Shown here: positions 1 through 9,819 of the stretch, in pieces | Layout of the letters: each line of letters begins with the position of its first letter | How positions within the stretch are numbered: the first letter of the stretch is position 1 | Source: Dehalococcoidia bacterium | GTDB taxonomy: Bacteria; Chloroflexota; Dehalococcoidia; SHYB01 | NCBI GenBank assembly: GCA_963666265.2 | Contig: CAXXHW010000006.1 | Location: 572,999-636,998 of the forward strand | Direction of reading: 5' to 3' | Length of the DNA stretch: 64,000 nt | The notes under the pieces: generated by a model | The model's input: only the letters and a program-made list of their open reading frames with translations | Databases searched by the model: none | Told to the model about the DNA's origin: nothing | Translations under genes and position numbers: made by a program

Positions 1-1713
1 GGACATCCCGAATACGGCCTCACAGCCGGGGTGGAGGTCACCACGGGACCTCTGGGCCAGGGTTTTGCCCACGGCGTGGGCATGGCCATAGCCGAGCAGT
101 GGCTGGGCCATCACTTCAACAGGCCGGACCACGTTATCATCGACCACTACACCTACGGCATCGTCTCCGACGGAGACCTGCAAGAAGGCGTCGCCTCGGA
201 GGCGGGGTCTCTGGCCGGCACGCTGCGGCTGGGGAAGCTGATCTACCTGTACGACGACAATGACGTCTCTATCGAAGGTCACACGGATATCGCCTTCGCG
301 GAAAACGTAGCCCAGCGTTTTCAAGGCTATGGCTGGCACGTCATCGGCCCCATCGACGGCATGGACCCCGCCTGTGTGGACGCGGCCATCAGACAGGCCC
401 GGGCGGACTCCAGCCGCCCGACGCTGATTATCTGCCGCACGATCATCGGCTACGGGAGTCCCAACAAGGCGGGCACGGCAGCCGCCCACGGCGAGGCCCT
501 GGGTGAGGATGAGGTGAGACTTACAAAGGAGCACTTGGGCTGGCCCTACAAAGAGCCATTTTTCATCCCGCCGGAAGCCCTGGACCATTTTCGGCAAGCC
601 GTAGAGCGCGGCAAGGGCAGGCAGGCGGAGTGGGAGAAGCAGTTATCAGCTTACCGTAAGGCCTACCCGGAGGACACTGCCAGGTTTGAGGAGGCGCTGG
701 CAGGCGACCTCCCCAAAGATTGGGACCAGCACCTGGGCGACCTCTTCGGCCCGGGCGAGAAGCCCATCGCCACCCGGGAAGCCTCCGGCCGGGTGATGAA
801 TGCCATCTCCGACCGCGTGGGAACCTTTCTCGGCGGCTCAGCCGATTTGGCGCCGTCGACCAAAACCCTCTTGAAGGACCACGGCCACTACGGCTTCGAG
901 GACTACTGCGGCAACAATATGCACTTCGGGGTCAGAGAGCACGCCATGGGGGCCATCGCCAACGGCATGTCCCTGCACCGTGGCATGATACCGTACACTG
1001 CTACCTTCCTTATCTTCTCCGACTATATGCGCCCCCCCATCCGTCTGGGAGCCTTGATGGAGCAGCGGGTAGTCTACATCTTCACCCACGACTCCATAGG
1101 CATGGGTGAAGACGGCCCGACCCATCAGCCGGTGGAGCAGCTCATGGGCCTGCGGTCCGTGCCCGGCCTGGTCGTGCTGCGGCCCGCGGACGCAACGGAG
1201 ACTGTCGAGGCTTGGAAGGCGGCGCTCGAAAGACGCCATGGCCCCACCGCCCTGGTCTTGAGCCGTCAAAACCTGCCGATCATCGATAGACGCGTCCTGG
1301 AGCCGGCCGATGGCGTGCACATGGGCGGGTATATCCTTTGGGAGGCCTCTCCAGAGCCTCAGGTGATCTTGATCGGCACCGGCTCAGAGGTGCACATTGC
1401 CCTGGACGCGGGCAGGCAACTTCAAGACCAGGGGGTCACCGCGCGCGTGGTGTCCATGCCATCATGGGAGCTTTTCGAGGCCCAAAGCAAAGAATATCGG
1501 GACAGCGTCTTGCCGCCAAAGAACCGAGCGCGAGTCTCCATGGAGGCGGGAATTCCGTTGGGGTGGGAGCGCTACGTGGGGCTGGACGGAGTCGCCATGG
1601 GGGTCCCGCGTTTCGGCGCCTCCGCACCCTATGGCGTTCTCTACGAAAAATTCGGACTGACGCCACAAAGGATGGCTGAGGAGGCCAGACGCGTCCTGGC
1701 TGAGCTTGGCTAA
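1..1713 (+). CDS. tkt: Transketolase; the 5' end is cut by the window edge and the C-terminal ~570 aa are present
   Basis: The frame is open from nt 1 (GHPEYGLTAGVEVTTGPLGQGF...). It has the transketolase TPP-binding, pyrimidine-binding and C-terminal domains (GSADLAPS, THDSIGMGEDGPTHQPVE). TAA stop at 1711. Confidence 0.95.
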   Translation, partial: GHPEYGLTAGVEVTTGPLGQGFAHGVGMAIAEQWLGHHFNRPDHVIIDHYTYGIVSDGDLQEGVASEAGSLAGTLRLGKLIYLYDDNDVSIEGHTDIAFAENVAQRFQGYGWHVIGPIDGMDPACVDAAIRQARADSSRPTLIICRTIIGYGSPNKAGTAAAHGEALGEDEVRLTKEHLGWPYKEPFFIPPEALDHFRQAVERGKGRQAEWEKQLSAYRKAYPEDTARFEEALAGDLPKDWDQHLGDLFGPGEKPIATREASGRVMNAISDRVGTFLGGSADLAPSTKTLLKDHGHYGFEDYCGNNMHFGVREHAMGAIANGMSLHRGMIPYTATFLIFSDYMRPPIRLGALMEQRVVYIFTHDSIGMGEDGPTHQPVEQLMGLRSVPGLVVLRPADATETVEAWKAALERRHGPTALVLSRQNLPIIDRRVLEPADGVHMGGYILWEASPEPQVILIGTGSEVHIALDAGRQLQDQGVTARVVSMPSWELFEAQSKEYRDSVLPPKNRARVSMEAGIPLGWERYVGLDGVAMGVPRFGASAPYGVLYEKFGLTPQRMAEEARRVLAELG

Positions 1714-1895
1714 CCCCAGCACCGGCCTTCGCGCAAATCATCGTGAGCAATACATTGTGCTTCGGTGTGATTGGCACTAGAAAATGAGCTCACCTCGTGC
1801 TATCGTAGTGCTTCATTTCGGCTAGAAGTTTGCTTGCGGGGCATTGTTTACCATTCGCCGTTGTACATCGGGGGGTGTTCACCAGGAGGTGAAGC

Positions 1896-2438
1896 GTGAG
1901 CGCGAAGGATCCGGTAGGGGAAAAGCTATTAGCGGAACTTGCCCTGGAGGAACGCTCCGTGGACCAGGCAGGGGAGGCATGGCGCGAGGCTCAAGCCAAT
2001 TGGACTGTGGCGACGCGAAGGTATGCGGCTGTTCGGGATATGGTGCGGGAGCACTTTGACCACAGTCCTTACCGCAAAGGGTTCAGGTGGCCCCCGTCCG
2101 TGGTCCGAGGCGACCTCCGTGGTCCTTACCGGTTCATCCACATGAGCCCTGAAGACGCCGTCATCGCTGCTCTGAGCGAGGGGCAAGGGAGCATGCCCGT
2201 TGATCAGATCGTTGAAGCGTTGCGCTCCGGGGGGCTAGGGTTGCCGGATGCAACGATCCATCGGGCGATCAGTACGGCCCTGAGCCGGACCCAAAACATC
2301 AAAATGGACGCGGATGGGAAATACTCCTATGAAGAATCCGCGACCCAATGGCTCTCTAAGAAAGTAAAATACGGAGCGCAGTCGTCGTTGGAGGCAGATC
2401 CTCTGACCCCTGATATTAGTTATCACAATGGGGGGTAA
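1896..2438 (+). CDS. Hypothetical protein with a possible HARE-HTH-like winged-helix segment
   Basis: GTG start preceded by CAGGAGG. 180 aa ORF with no family I recognise. The segment MSPEDAVIAALSEGQGSMPVDQIVEALRSGG...DADGKYSY resembles HARE-HTH-type domains. The 5' flank has lower GC. Confidence 0.5.
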   Translation: MSAKDPVGEKLLAELALEERSVDQAGEAWREAQANWTVATRRYAAVRDMVREHFDHSPYRKGFRWPPSVVRGDLRGPYRFIHMSPEDAVIAALSEGQGSMPVDQIVEALRSGGLGLPDATIHRAISTALSRTQNIKMDADGKYSYEESATQWLSKKVKYGAQSSLEADPLTPDISYHNGG

Positions 2439-2510
2439 TGCCCTCGGACCCAAGCGTCCCTTAGGCGTAAACCTCCAGGCCGGGCAGACGGACCACCATA
2501 AGGGAGGGCT

Positions 2511-3965
2511 ATGGCAGAGCAGATAGCCACCATAGTCATCCTCGGCGCATCGGGGGATCTGACGAGACGAAAGCTTCTGCCAGCCCTGTACAGCCTGCGG
2601 ATCAAGGGGCGTCTGCCGGAGGGGCTACGGATCCTCGGGGTCTCTCGCTCTCCGTATACCGACCAGGAATTCAGGGGATATGCCCTGAAGGGTGCTCGGG
2701 AGCTTGGGGGGCTGACGATCAGCCAGGAGGAATGGGACCCCTTCGCCCGCCAACTCTTCTACATCAGCGCCTCCGCAGAGTCCTTAGAGCAGATTAACCG
2801 AGTCAAGGAACGGCTGGAGGAGCTAGAGGGGCAAGGCCAGCCAGCCAACCGGCTCTTCTACCTTTCCATCGCACCAAACCTGTACTCATCGGCAATCATC
2901 AACCTCGGGGCCTCCGGGCTTGCCCAGGCCGACACTGGCTGGCGGCGCATCGTCATCGAAAAGCCCTTCGGGAGCGACCTCGCCTCCGCCAACGATTTAA
3001 ACGGGGTCTTACACCCGGTCTTCAGCGAAACCCAGGTCTACCGGATTGACCACTACCTCGGCAAGGAGACGGTGCAGAACTTGCTGGTCTTCCGATTCGC
3101 CAACGCGATCTTCGAGCCGATCTGGAACCGCAACTATGTAGAAAACGTCCAGATCACGGTGGCCGAGAGCGTGCCCGTCGGCGATAGGGCCGGCTACTAC
3201 GACCAGTCCGGCGTCGTGAGGGACATGCTGCAAAATCACCTGCTTCAGCTCTTGACCATGGTTGCCATGGAACCCCCCAGCGCCATGGACGCCGAGTCCT
3301 TGAGGAGCAAGAAAGTAGATGTCCTCAAAGCCATTCGTCGCTGGTCTCCGGAGGAGGCGCCACAATACGGAGTCTGCGGCCAGTACGAGGGATACCTGCA
3401 AGAAAAGGGCGTGGCCCCAGAATCTCGCACGTCGACGTACGTGGCCCTGCGCCTCCAGATAGACAACTGGCGGTGGCAGGGGGTGCCTTTCTACCTCCGC
3501 ACAGGCAAGGCCCTGGCGGACAAGCGGTCCGAGGTTGTCGTGCAGTTCCGCTGCCCGCCGCACACGCTCTTCTCGCCGGAACCCCAGGGGCGCCTGGGTT
3601 CCAACGTCCTGTCCCTCTGTATTCAGCCTGATGAAGGGGCCCATTTGAGGTTCGAGGCCAAGGTCCCCGATCAGGGTATGGAGACTCGTTCCGTGGACAT
3701 GGAATTCCATTACGAGCAGGCCTTCGGAAGCGAGCCTATCCCCGAGGCCTACGAGCGATTGCTCCAGGACGCCCTGGAGGGAGACGCCGCCCTCTTCATC
3801 AGAAACGACCAGATCGAGGAGGCATGGCGTATCGTCGAGCCCCTCTTGGACGAAAAGCTGCTGCCTCCCCAGTCCTACAAGAAGGGGTCCTGGGGACCCG
3901 ACGCCGCCGACACTCTACTAGCCCAGCGCGGCCATCACTGGCTTATGGCATGTGGAGGACACTGA
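2511..3965 (+). CDS. zwf: Glucose-6-phosphate 1-dehydrogenase
   Basis: N-terminal [16 protein letters not shown] dinucleotide motif and the RIDHYLGKE active-site signature. RBS AGGGAGG upstream of the ATG. Confidence 0.95.
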   Translation: MAEQIATIVILGASGDLTRRKLLPALYSLRIKGRLPEGLRILGVSRSPYTDQEFRGYALKGARELGGLTISQEEWDPFARQLFYISASAESLEQINRVKERLEELEGQGQPANRLFYLSIAPNLYSSAIINLGASGLAQADTGWRRIVIEKPFGSDLASANDLNGVLHPVFSETQVYRIDHYLGKETVQNLLVFRFANAIFEPIWNRNYVENVQITVAESVPVGDRAGYYDQSGVVRDMLQNHLLQLLTMVAMEPPSAMDAESLRSKKVDVLKAIRRWSPEEAPQYGVCGQYEGYLQEKGVAPESRTSTYVALRLQIDNWRWQGVPFYLRTGKALADKRSEVVVQFRCPPHTLFSPEPQGRLGSNVLSLCIQPDEGAHLRFEAKVPDQGMETRSVDMEFHYEQAFGSEPIPEAYERLLQDALEGDAALFIRNDQIEEAWRIVEPLLDEKLLPPQSYKKGSWGPDAADTLLAQRGHHWLMACGGH

Positions 3966-4005
3966 GGCGACCGCGTCGAGCAGGACGGCTTTGTATAGGG
4001 CCACC

Positions 4006-4323
4006 TCAGGCGCGTTCACCCACGCACTGGTCGCAGGGGCACAGCTCGTCCCGAAGGGCGGCGTAGGGGTAGATACCCGTGTCGTGGGCGTCGCTCCACA
4101 GAAACTGGAGGGCGTAGCGGCCCACCGTCATCCAGTCCAGCGCCTGGACATCCTCGGCCACATTATCATAACCGACCTCACGCCTTCCAGTGAGCTCGTT
4201 GACGCAGCCGGCACACCGGCACTCGCCTCTAAGGTACCTCGGGGAGAAGGTGCTGACATGCCCGTCATCCCACTCGATACGGATTGAATCGGGCTGCACG
4301 TCGACACTTTTGGGTTGGGCCAC
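4006..4323 (-). CDS. DUF971 (gamma-butyrobetaine hydroxylase N-terminal-like) zinc-binding domain protein
   Basis: Motifs IEWDDGH, CRCAGC, GRYALQFLWSDAHDTGIYPY. I prefer the GTG start at 4323, which is preceded by GGAGGAG. The maximal ORF extends to the ATG at 4410 and would overlap the upstream gene by 20 nt. Confidence 0.7.
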   Translation of the reverse strand: MAQPKSVDVQPDSIRIEWDDGHVSTFSPRYLRGECRCAGCVNELTGRREVGYDNVAEDVQALDWMTVGRYALQFLWSDAHDTGIYPYAALRDELCPCDQCVGERA

Positions 4324-4390
4324 CTCGTCTCCTCCGATTCCTAGCTCCAGATAGAGGCTCTGTTGCTCACGGCGGAATACCCCCTGGGGG

Positions 4391-5161
4391 TCATTTCGCT
4401 CTCCAATCATAGCGCTCTGGGTCGTCGATGGTCTGGTATGGCCCGGCCAAGACCACCTCCATCGATTGGCTCGCGTCGTATGCTCGACCGGCGGCCCTCC
4501 ACTCAGCCTGCTTCTTCGGCAGGTCCGCCATCATCTCCAAAGGGTCCTCATCTAAATAATACAGAAAGACCCAGCGCTGTTCCGGATGGCCCGGCCCGGA
4601 GCTCGGAGCCCGCTCCCTGGTCCAGCTCTCAAACCAGTAGCAGCCGGTAACCCCCTTTACGGTGAGGACGTCCGGCACATGGACCTGGTCATGCCACTGG
4701 GCCAGCTCTTGCCGTTTGCTCAAGTCCAGCAGGTCTTTCATGACCACAAACACACCACGATGAGGCCTGAATGGGACCGCCTCGGGAGATATCGGAAGCC
4801 TGGGCGCGACGTAGGCCTTGAGCAGGTTATAGTGACCGGATGCGTGAATCGTACGAGGCTCGAAGTACCGCCCCAAAGACCTGGTGCGACCGGAAAGCTC
4901 AGCGAACTGCTGGAAGGCCTCTTCCAGGGGCTCGGTCATGAGGTAGTGGATGAGGTATTGGGAGGTGGCGAAGGACGGATGGACCGCCAGCCGCGCATCC
5001 ATATAGCGCTGCGGAGCGGCCCACCGTGCGGCGAGAATCACGCCGTCCAGGGCAAGATTCTCGGGTATGTGATCGCTGCTGTGAAACCAGTTATACTCGG
5101 CGTGCCCCTCGGGGTCGTCGACTTCGGCGACAGCGAAGAAGCCCGACTTGATCTTGTTCAT
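4391..5161 (-). CDS. Hypothetical protein with two tandem ferredoxin-like (EthD/Dabb-like) halves
   Basis: Two internally similar halves (EYNWFHSSDHIPENL... and LAQWHDQVHVPDVL...). I chose the start at MNKIKSG (RBS GGAGAGG). The track ORF extends to 5431, but that extension looks like a shadow of a + strand small ORF. Confidence 0.55.
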   Translation of the reverse strand: MNKIKSGFFAVAEVDDPEGHAEYNWFHSSDHIPENLALDGVILAARWAAPQRYMDARLAVHPSFATSQYLIHYLMTEPLEEAFQQFAELSGRTRSLGRYFEPRTIHASGHYNLLKAYVAPRLPISPEAVPFRPHRGVFVVMKDLLDLSKRQELAQWHDQVHVPDVLTVKGVTGCYWFESWTRERAPSSGPGHPEQRWVFLYYLDEDPLEMMADLPKKQAEWRAAGRAYDASQSMEVVLAGPYQTIDDPERYDWRAK

Positions 5162-5260
5162 CCTCTCCCCATGGCGATCCTCAGCGGTCTCGCCACCCAT
5201 GGTAGCACGCCGGGACCGGGACTTGCGCCTGCCGCGTGGGCAGGCTAGCATGATAGGATC

Positions 5261-5398
5261 ATGGTCAGGGACTACCCCATGACCCCTAGAGACACTGCGC
5301 AGCCGGTATGCGACCTCTGCGGCAGCCCGCTGCAGGAGATCCAGTGTAAGCTGCGCTGCTTCAACTGCGGCTACACCCGAGATTGCTCCGATCCGTAG
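5261..5398 (+). CDS. Candidate small zinc-ribbon protein (45 aa, two CxxC pairs)
   Basis: MVRDYPMTPRDTAQPVCDLCGSPLQEIQCKLRCFNCGYTRDCSDP, ending in TAG. GC3 is high like the flanking genes. It is shorter than the 60 aa ORF-track cutoff. An alternative ATG lies at 5279. Confidence 0.4.
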   Translation: MVRDYPMTPRDTAQPVCDLCGSPLQEIQCKLRCFNCGYTRDCSDP

Positions 5399-5505
5399 CC
5401 CGGTGACGGTACTATCCGTCACGCCGGACACGTCGGCCTAAAGCCGAATCGCCGTTTGCGTGGCCTGTGGGAAGAGACATACCCTCGCTGAGAAAGGGGC
5501 CCGCC

Positions 5506-6000
5506 ATGCGCATCGCTCTGGCCGGTGATCACGCCGGATTCGATCTAAAAAACGAGCTCGGCGGGTTCCTGCGAAAGAACGGCCACGAGGTCACGGACCT
5601 GGGCGCCCACACGTACGACGCCGAGGATGACTACCCTGATTTCGCCGCTGCGCTGGCCGATTCGGTCGCATCCGGCCGGAACGAGCGGGGGGTCCTGGTG
5701 TGCGGGAGCGGAGTCGGAACAAGCGTCGCGGCCAACAAGGTCCCCGGGGTCCGCGCCGGCATGTGCCACGACACCTACTCAGCTCACCAGGGCGTGGAGC
5801 ACGACGATGTGAATGTCCTGTGCCTCGGATCCCGCGTCATCGGCATCGAGCTAGCCCGAGAGCTTGTCACCGCCTTTCTCGCGGCCCGCTTCACGGGCGA
5901 GGAGCGACACGTCCGGCGGCTGGGCAAGGTCAAGGCCATCGAAGCCAGGACAACCGGCGGCCACGCTCCTGAACCCGCCGAGCCACACGGAAGGAGCTAA
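5506..6000 (+). CDS. rpiB: Ribose-5-phosphate isomerase B
   Basis: MRIALAGDHAGFDLKNEL..., CGSGVG and CLGSRVIG motifs typical of RpiB/LacAB. RBS GAGAAAGGGG upstream of the ATG at 5506. Confidence 0.9.
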   Translation: MRIALAGDHAGFDLKNELGGFLRKNGHEVTDLGAHTYDAEDDYPDFAAALADSVASGRNERGVLVCGSGVGTSVAANKVPGVRAGMCHDTYSAHQGVEHDDVNVLCLGSRVIGIELARELVTAFLAARFTGEERHVRRLGKVKAIEARTTGGHAPEPAEPHGRS

Positions 6001-6008
6001 TACCCACC

Positions 6009-6920
6009 ATGGAATTGGGGCTCATCGGCCTGGGCCGCATGGGCGGCAACATGGCCCAACGCTTATTACGGGGTGGCCATCGGATAGTCGCCTACGACAC
6101 GGACCCGAAAGCGGTACAAACGCTCACGGCTGAGGGGGCTGAGGGCGCGGCAAGCCTTCAGGACCTGGTCGGCAAGCTGAAGCAGCCCAGGGCCGTGTGG
6201 ATGATGCTGCCCCAGGGCGAAATCACGGAATCCACGGTCCACTCCCTGGTACCCATGCTGGACAGGGGGGACCTGGTCCTGGACGGGGGCAACGCCAATT
6301 ATCGGGATACGCTGAGAAGAGTCCCAGCCTTCCAGGCGGCCGGGATCGGGTTCATGGATGTCGGCACCAGCGGCGGCATTTGGGGGCTCGAGGATGGCTA
6401 TAGTCTGATGGTGGGGGGCGACCTCGAGCACTTCAAGCGGCTAGAGCCCATCTTTCAGACGCTGGCGCCGGCGGCGGACAGGGGATATGGGCGCGTAGGG
6501 CCAAACGGGGCCGGCCACTTTACCAAAATGGTGCACAACGGCGTTGAATACGCACTGATGCAGGCCTATGCGGAGGGGTTCGAGCTGCTGGCCTCCAAAG
6601 AGGAGTTCGGCCTGGACCTTGCCGATATCGGCCGTATCTGGAGCCATGGCAGCGTCGTCAGCTCATGGCTTCTGGAACGGTGCGTCATGGCCCTTCGGGA
6701 CGATCCGAGGGTCAGGGACGTGAAGGGCTACGTGGAGGACACCGGCGAGGGGCGCTGGACCGTCAAGGAGATGGTGGACATGGGCATCCCAGCGCCCGTT
6801 ATCACCCTCTCGCTGTATGAGCGTTTTCGCTCTCGAACCCCCGACTCACTTTCCTACCGGCTGCTCGCCAAGCTTCGGAAGATCTTCGGCGGCCACGCCG
6901 TCAAGGGTTCCACGGAATAA
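6009..6920 (+). CDS. gnd: 6-phosphogluconate dehydrogenase (decarboxylating), short Gnd-like form
   Basis: GLIGLGRMGGNMAQRL Rossmann motif, MVHNGVEYALMQAYAEG, 303 aa short-type 6PGDH. Confidence 0.9.
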   Translation: MELGLIGLGRMGGNMAQRLLRGGHRIVAYDTDPKAVQTLTAEGAEGAASLQDLVGKLKQPRAVWMMLPQGEITESTVHSLVPMLDRGDLVLDGGNANYRDTLRRVPAFQAAGIGFMDVGTSGGIWGLEDGYSLMVGGDLEHFKRLEPIFQTLAPAADRGYGRVGPNGAGHFTKMVHNGVEYALMQAYAEGFELLASKEEFGLDLADIGRIWSHGSVVSSWLLERCVMALRDDPRVRDVKGYVEDTGEGRWTVKEMVDMGIPAPVITLSLYERFRSRTPDSLSYRLLAKLRKIFGGHAVKGSTE

Positions 6921-6952
6921 AGAAACCCAACGGGCTCGAACAAGGAGGCGTG

Positions 6953-7261
6953 ATGTTCATCCTGCTGGTCACCATGCACGCGAAGCCGGAGAAACGAGAG
7001 GCCTTTATAGCGGCGATCACCGAGGATGCTACCGCCTCCGTACGCGACGAGCCGGGCTGTCTCCGGTTTGACGTGATGCAGGACAACAACGACCCCAACC
7101 AGTTCCACCTGACCGAGGTGTATCGTGACGAGGCGGCCTTCGAGGCCCACACCCGCACGCCGCACCTCCTGCGGTGGCGAGAGGCCAGCGAAGTCGTGCT
7201 CGACAAACCGACGGTCGCTCACCGCTGCACCAATATCCACCCCGCCGACGACGGCTGGTAA
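6953..7261 (+). CDS. Antibiotic-biosynthesis-monooxygenase (ABM) domain protein, putative quinol monooxygenase
   Basis: ~100 aa Dabb fold. GCLRFDVMQDNNDPNQFHLTEVYRDEAAFEAHTRTPH matches the YgiN/ABM pattern. RBS AAGGAGG lies 4 nt before the ATG at 6953. Confidence 0.8.
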   Translation: MFILLVTMHAKPEKREAFIAAITEDATASVRDEPGCLRFDVMQDNNDPNQFHLTEVYRDEAAFEAHTRTPHLLRWREASEVVLDKPTVAHRCTNIHPADDGW

Positions 7262-7342
7262 CGGGAATGGCCACCAAATGGAAGCGCTGCTGGTACAATG
7301 TCAGAGAGCGGTACGGCAGCTAATTCTGACTGATAAGTAACC

Positions 7343-8635
7343 GTGAATTCAGCCCGTTCTCTTAGCCAGGGCGAAATCGACGGCATTTGGGACGGCGCCC
7401 AAACCGTCCTGCTGGGAAACCTCAAAAAAGGCTCCGACCCAAAGTATCGGCGCGACTATGCCTACGTCTGCCCATCCCTCCGGAGCTACCCCTGGCAATG
7501 GTTCTGGGACTCATGCTTCCACGCCATCGTCCTTTCCCATTTCGACACGAATCTGGCCAGGAGCGAGCTCAATACCCTGATGTCCGTCCAGAGGGCGGAC
7601 GGCTTTATCCCCCACGTCATTCACTGGGGAGCCCGGTTTATCGCCGATCCCCCCGCGTACTGGCAGAGCAAGCTGGCCCTGCGGCCAAAATCCACGGAAC
7701 TGATACAACCGCCGGTCCTGGCCCAGGCCGTCCTTCAAGTTGCCGAGAGAAGCCAGGACGCAAGGTTCCTTGCCGAGTCCTTGGATAAGGTCAAGCGCTA
7801 CTACCTTTGGCTCCGCGAGTATCGAGACCCGGACGGCGACTTCCTGATCTCCGTCATCAGCCCCTACGAGACGGGCATGGACCAGCTCCCCGCCTACGAT
7901 GAGGCGCTGGGCCTTCGGAACCCCTCTCGCCTGGGTCTCCACTTCCGCGACAGGACCCTGGACCTACAAAACCTCGTGCTGGGCCGCAATTATGACCTGG
8001 ACGTTATCTTCAAACGAGACCGGTTCACCGTTGAAGATCTCCTGGTCAATTGCGTCTACGCCCAGGGGTTGCGCGCCATCTCCACCATGTGCCGCATGGC
8101 GGGGGACGAGGCTACATGCGACTCCTTCACACGAATGGCTGAGCGCACCGAGAGGTCCATCCTTGCCAAGTGCTATGACGCCGAGTCCGGCATCTTCTGG
8201 AGTCTCGCTTCCAGGGATGAGCGCCCCCTCAAAGTATCGACCATCACGAGCTTGCTTCCGGTAATCCTGGAGTCCATCGAGCCGGAGCTTATCGAGCGGA
8301 TTGTAGAACGGCATATCCTCAACGAGGATGAATTCTGGTTACCATATCCTCTACCATCCGTCGCCCTCTCGGAGCCTTCCTTCCGGGCTGCGGAGAGGAT
8401 GGTGATCTGGCGGGGTGGGACGTGGATCAACACGAATTGGCTGATCGCGAAGGGGTTGCAACGGCACGGCTACGCTGAGGCTGCGAGGGTCATCGTCCAA
8501 AGGTCTGCGGAGCTTGTGCTGAAATCGGGGTTCCGCGAGTTCTACAACCCCTTGACTGGCGAGGGATACGGGGCCAGGAACTTCGGGTGGTCCACGCTGG
8601 TTGTAGATATGCTGTCCACCCTGCAATACTTATGA
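7343..8635 (+). CDS. Six-hairpin glycoside hydrolase, GH63/MGH1-like (glucosyl- or mannosylglycerate hydrolase-like)
   Basis: YPWQWFWDSCFHAIVL, TGMDQLPAYD and FREFYNPLTGEGYGARNFGWS are typical of GH63-like (alpha/alpha)6 hydrolases. GTG start. Confidence 0.75.
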   Translation: MNSARSLSQGEIDGIWDGAQTVLLGNLKKGSDPKYRRDYAYVCPSLRSYPWQWFWDSCFHAIVLSHFDTNLARSELNTLMSVQRADGFIPHVIHWGARFIADPPAYWQSKLALRPKSTELIQPPVLAQAVLQVAERSQDARFLAESLDKVKRYYLWLREYRDPDGDFLISVISPYETGMDQLPAYDEALGLRNPSRLGLHFRDRTLDLQNLVLGRNYDLDVIFKRDRFTVEDLLVNCVYAQGLRAISTMCRMAGDEATCDSFTRMAERTERSILAKCYDAESGIFWSLASRDERPLKVSTITSLLPVILESIEPELIERIVERHILNEDEFWLPYPLPSVALSEPSFRAAERMVIWRGGTWINTNWLIAKGLQRHGYAEAARVIVQRSAELVLKSGFREFYNPLTGEGYGARNFGWSTLVVDMLSTLQYL

Positions 8636-8690
8636 TGGGGTCGGCAGCCCGCTGCAGGACGCCAATTTCAGGGTCGAGGAGAGCGCTACG

Positions 8691-9056
8691 TTGAGATTGC
8701 GCGATTTCGAGGATCTGGTCAGCAACGCCCTGGACGATCTTCCCAAGGCCATTGTCGATGTGCTGGAAAACATCTCCGTGGTGGTCGCCCAGTTCCCGAC
8801 CAGAGAGCAGATCCGCGCCAACGGCCTCTCGACCAAATACGATCTGCTGGGCCTCTATGAGGGTACCCCTTTGACCGAGCGCGGCAGCGGCTACGGCATG
8901 GTCCTCCCCGACAAGATCACGATCTTCAAAGGCCCCCTGGAGGCAGCTTGCAGCTCCGATGAAGAGCTCGCCCAGGAGGTCCGCGAAACGGTGGTGCACG
9001 AGCTCGCCCATCACGTCGGCATCAGCGACGAGGACCTGGACGAGATGGGGCTTTAA
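8691..9056 (+). CDS. Zincin-like metallopeptidase family protein (DUF1025/Zincin_1)
   Basis: C-terminal HELAHHVGISDEDLDEMG (HExxH) in a ~120 aa protein. TTG start with GAGGAG upstream. Confidence 0.8.
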   Translation: MRLRDFEDLVSNALDDLPKAIVDVLENISVVVAQFPTREQIRANGLSTKYDLLGLYEGTPLTERGSGYGMVLPDKITIFKGPLEAACSSDEELAQEVRETVVHELAHHVGISDEDLDEMGL

Positions 9057-9102
9057 TCCCAGCGCTATAATGCTCCCACCATGGGCTGGGAGGTGACCTG
9101 TC

Positions 9103-9603
9103 ATGGCGACACTGGAGCAACTAGAAACGAAGATCGAGGCCCTTCAAAATCGGGTAACCGAGCTGGAGGACGAGCGGGACATCCGAGAGGTCCTCTCCCG
9201 CTATGGCTATAACGCCGACATGGGTCGAGACCAGGCCTACGTGGACCTCTACACGGATGACGGCGTGGTAGACCTGGGGTTAACCGGGGGAATGCAGCTG
9301 TGGGAGGGCAAGGACGAGATCATGCGGTTCATCACCAACCCCGACGGTCACAAGGCAATCGAGGGGAGCTGCATGCACCTGATGGGCAACGCCATGGTGG
9401 CCCACATCGGCGACGGCGAGGCGATAGTGAACAGCTACAACATGCTACTGCTGCGCCGTGGCGACGGGGTCATCATCTCCACCGCCGGCAACAACCAATG
9501 GACGATGAAGAAGGTCGACGGCAGGTGGCTGATCAAAGAGCGGAAGCGCCGGAACATCGGCGGAGATGGGTACGGCCAGCTGCTGTCCGCCACTCCTGAA
9601 TAG
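9103..9603 (+). CDS. SnoaL-like / NTF2-fold protein
   Basis: N-terminal coiled leader followed by IREVLSRYGYNADMGRDQAYVDLYTDDGVVDL, typical of SnoaL_4 domains. RBS GGGAGG. Confidence 0.75.
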   Translation: MATLEQLETKIEALQNRVTELEDERDIREVLSRYGYNADMGRDQAYVDLYTDDGVVDLGLTGGMQLWEGKDEIMRFITNPDGHKAIEGSCMHLMGNAMVAHIGDGEAIVNSYNMLLLRRGDGVIISTAGNNQWTMKKVDGRWLIKERKRRNIGGDGYGQLLSATPE

Positions 9604-9658
9604 GCCACCAGGTACGCATGGGCTAGCGCCTATGCGCTGTTGTCCCCCATACGCCGTG

Positions 9659-9819
9659 GTCATTGCGAGTCCCGATCCTATCGGGACGCGGAAACCTCAT
9701 CATGGAGACATTCACCACAAAGACACGAAAGCACGAAGAGGGAAGGTTCGCAATGACAAACTCCAAGAGGCTAGGGTGAGGGTGAAACCAATCTGGCATG
9801 TCGTTTTTTTGGAATAGCT
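9659..9819 (+). repeat. Composite intergenic hairpin repeat: a cattgcgag-type inverted-repeat module plus the conserved GGCTAGGGTGAGGGTGAA...TTTGGAATAGCT tail
   Basis: 10-bp IR GTCATTGCGA (9659) / TCGCAATGAC (9746). Internal hairpin GTCCCGAT-cct-ATCGGGAC at 9669..9687. The tail at 9769..9819 is shared with 4 other loci in the window. Confidence 0.7.
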
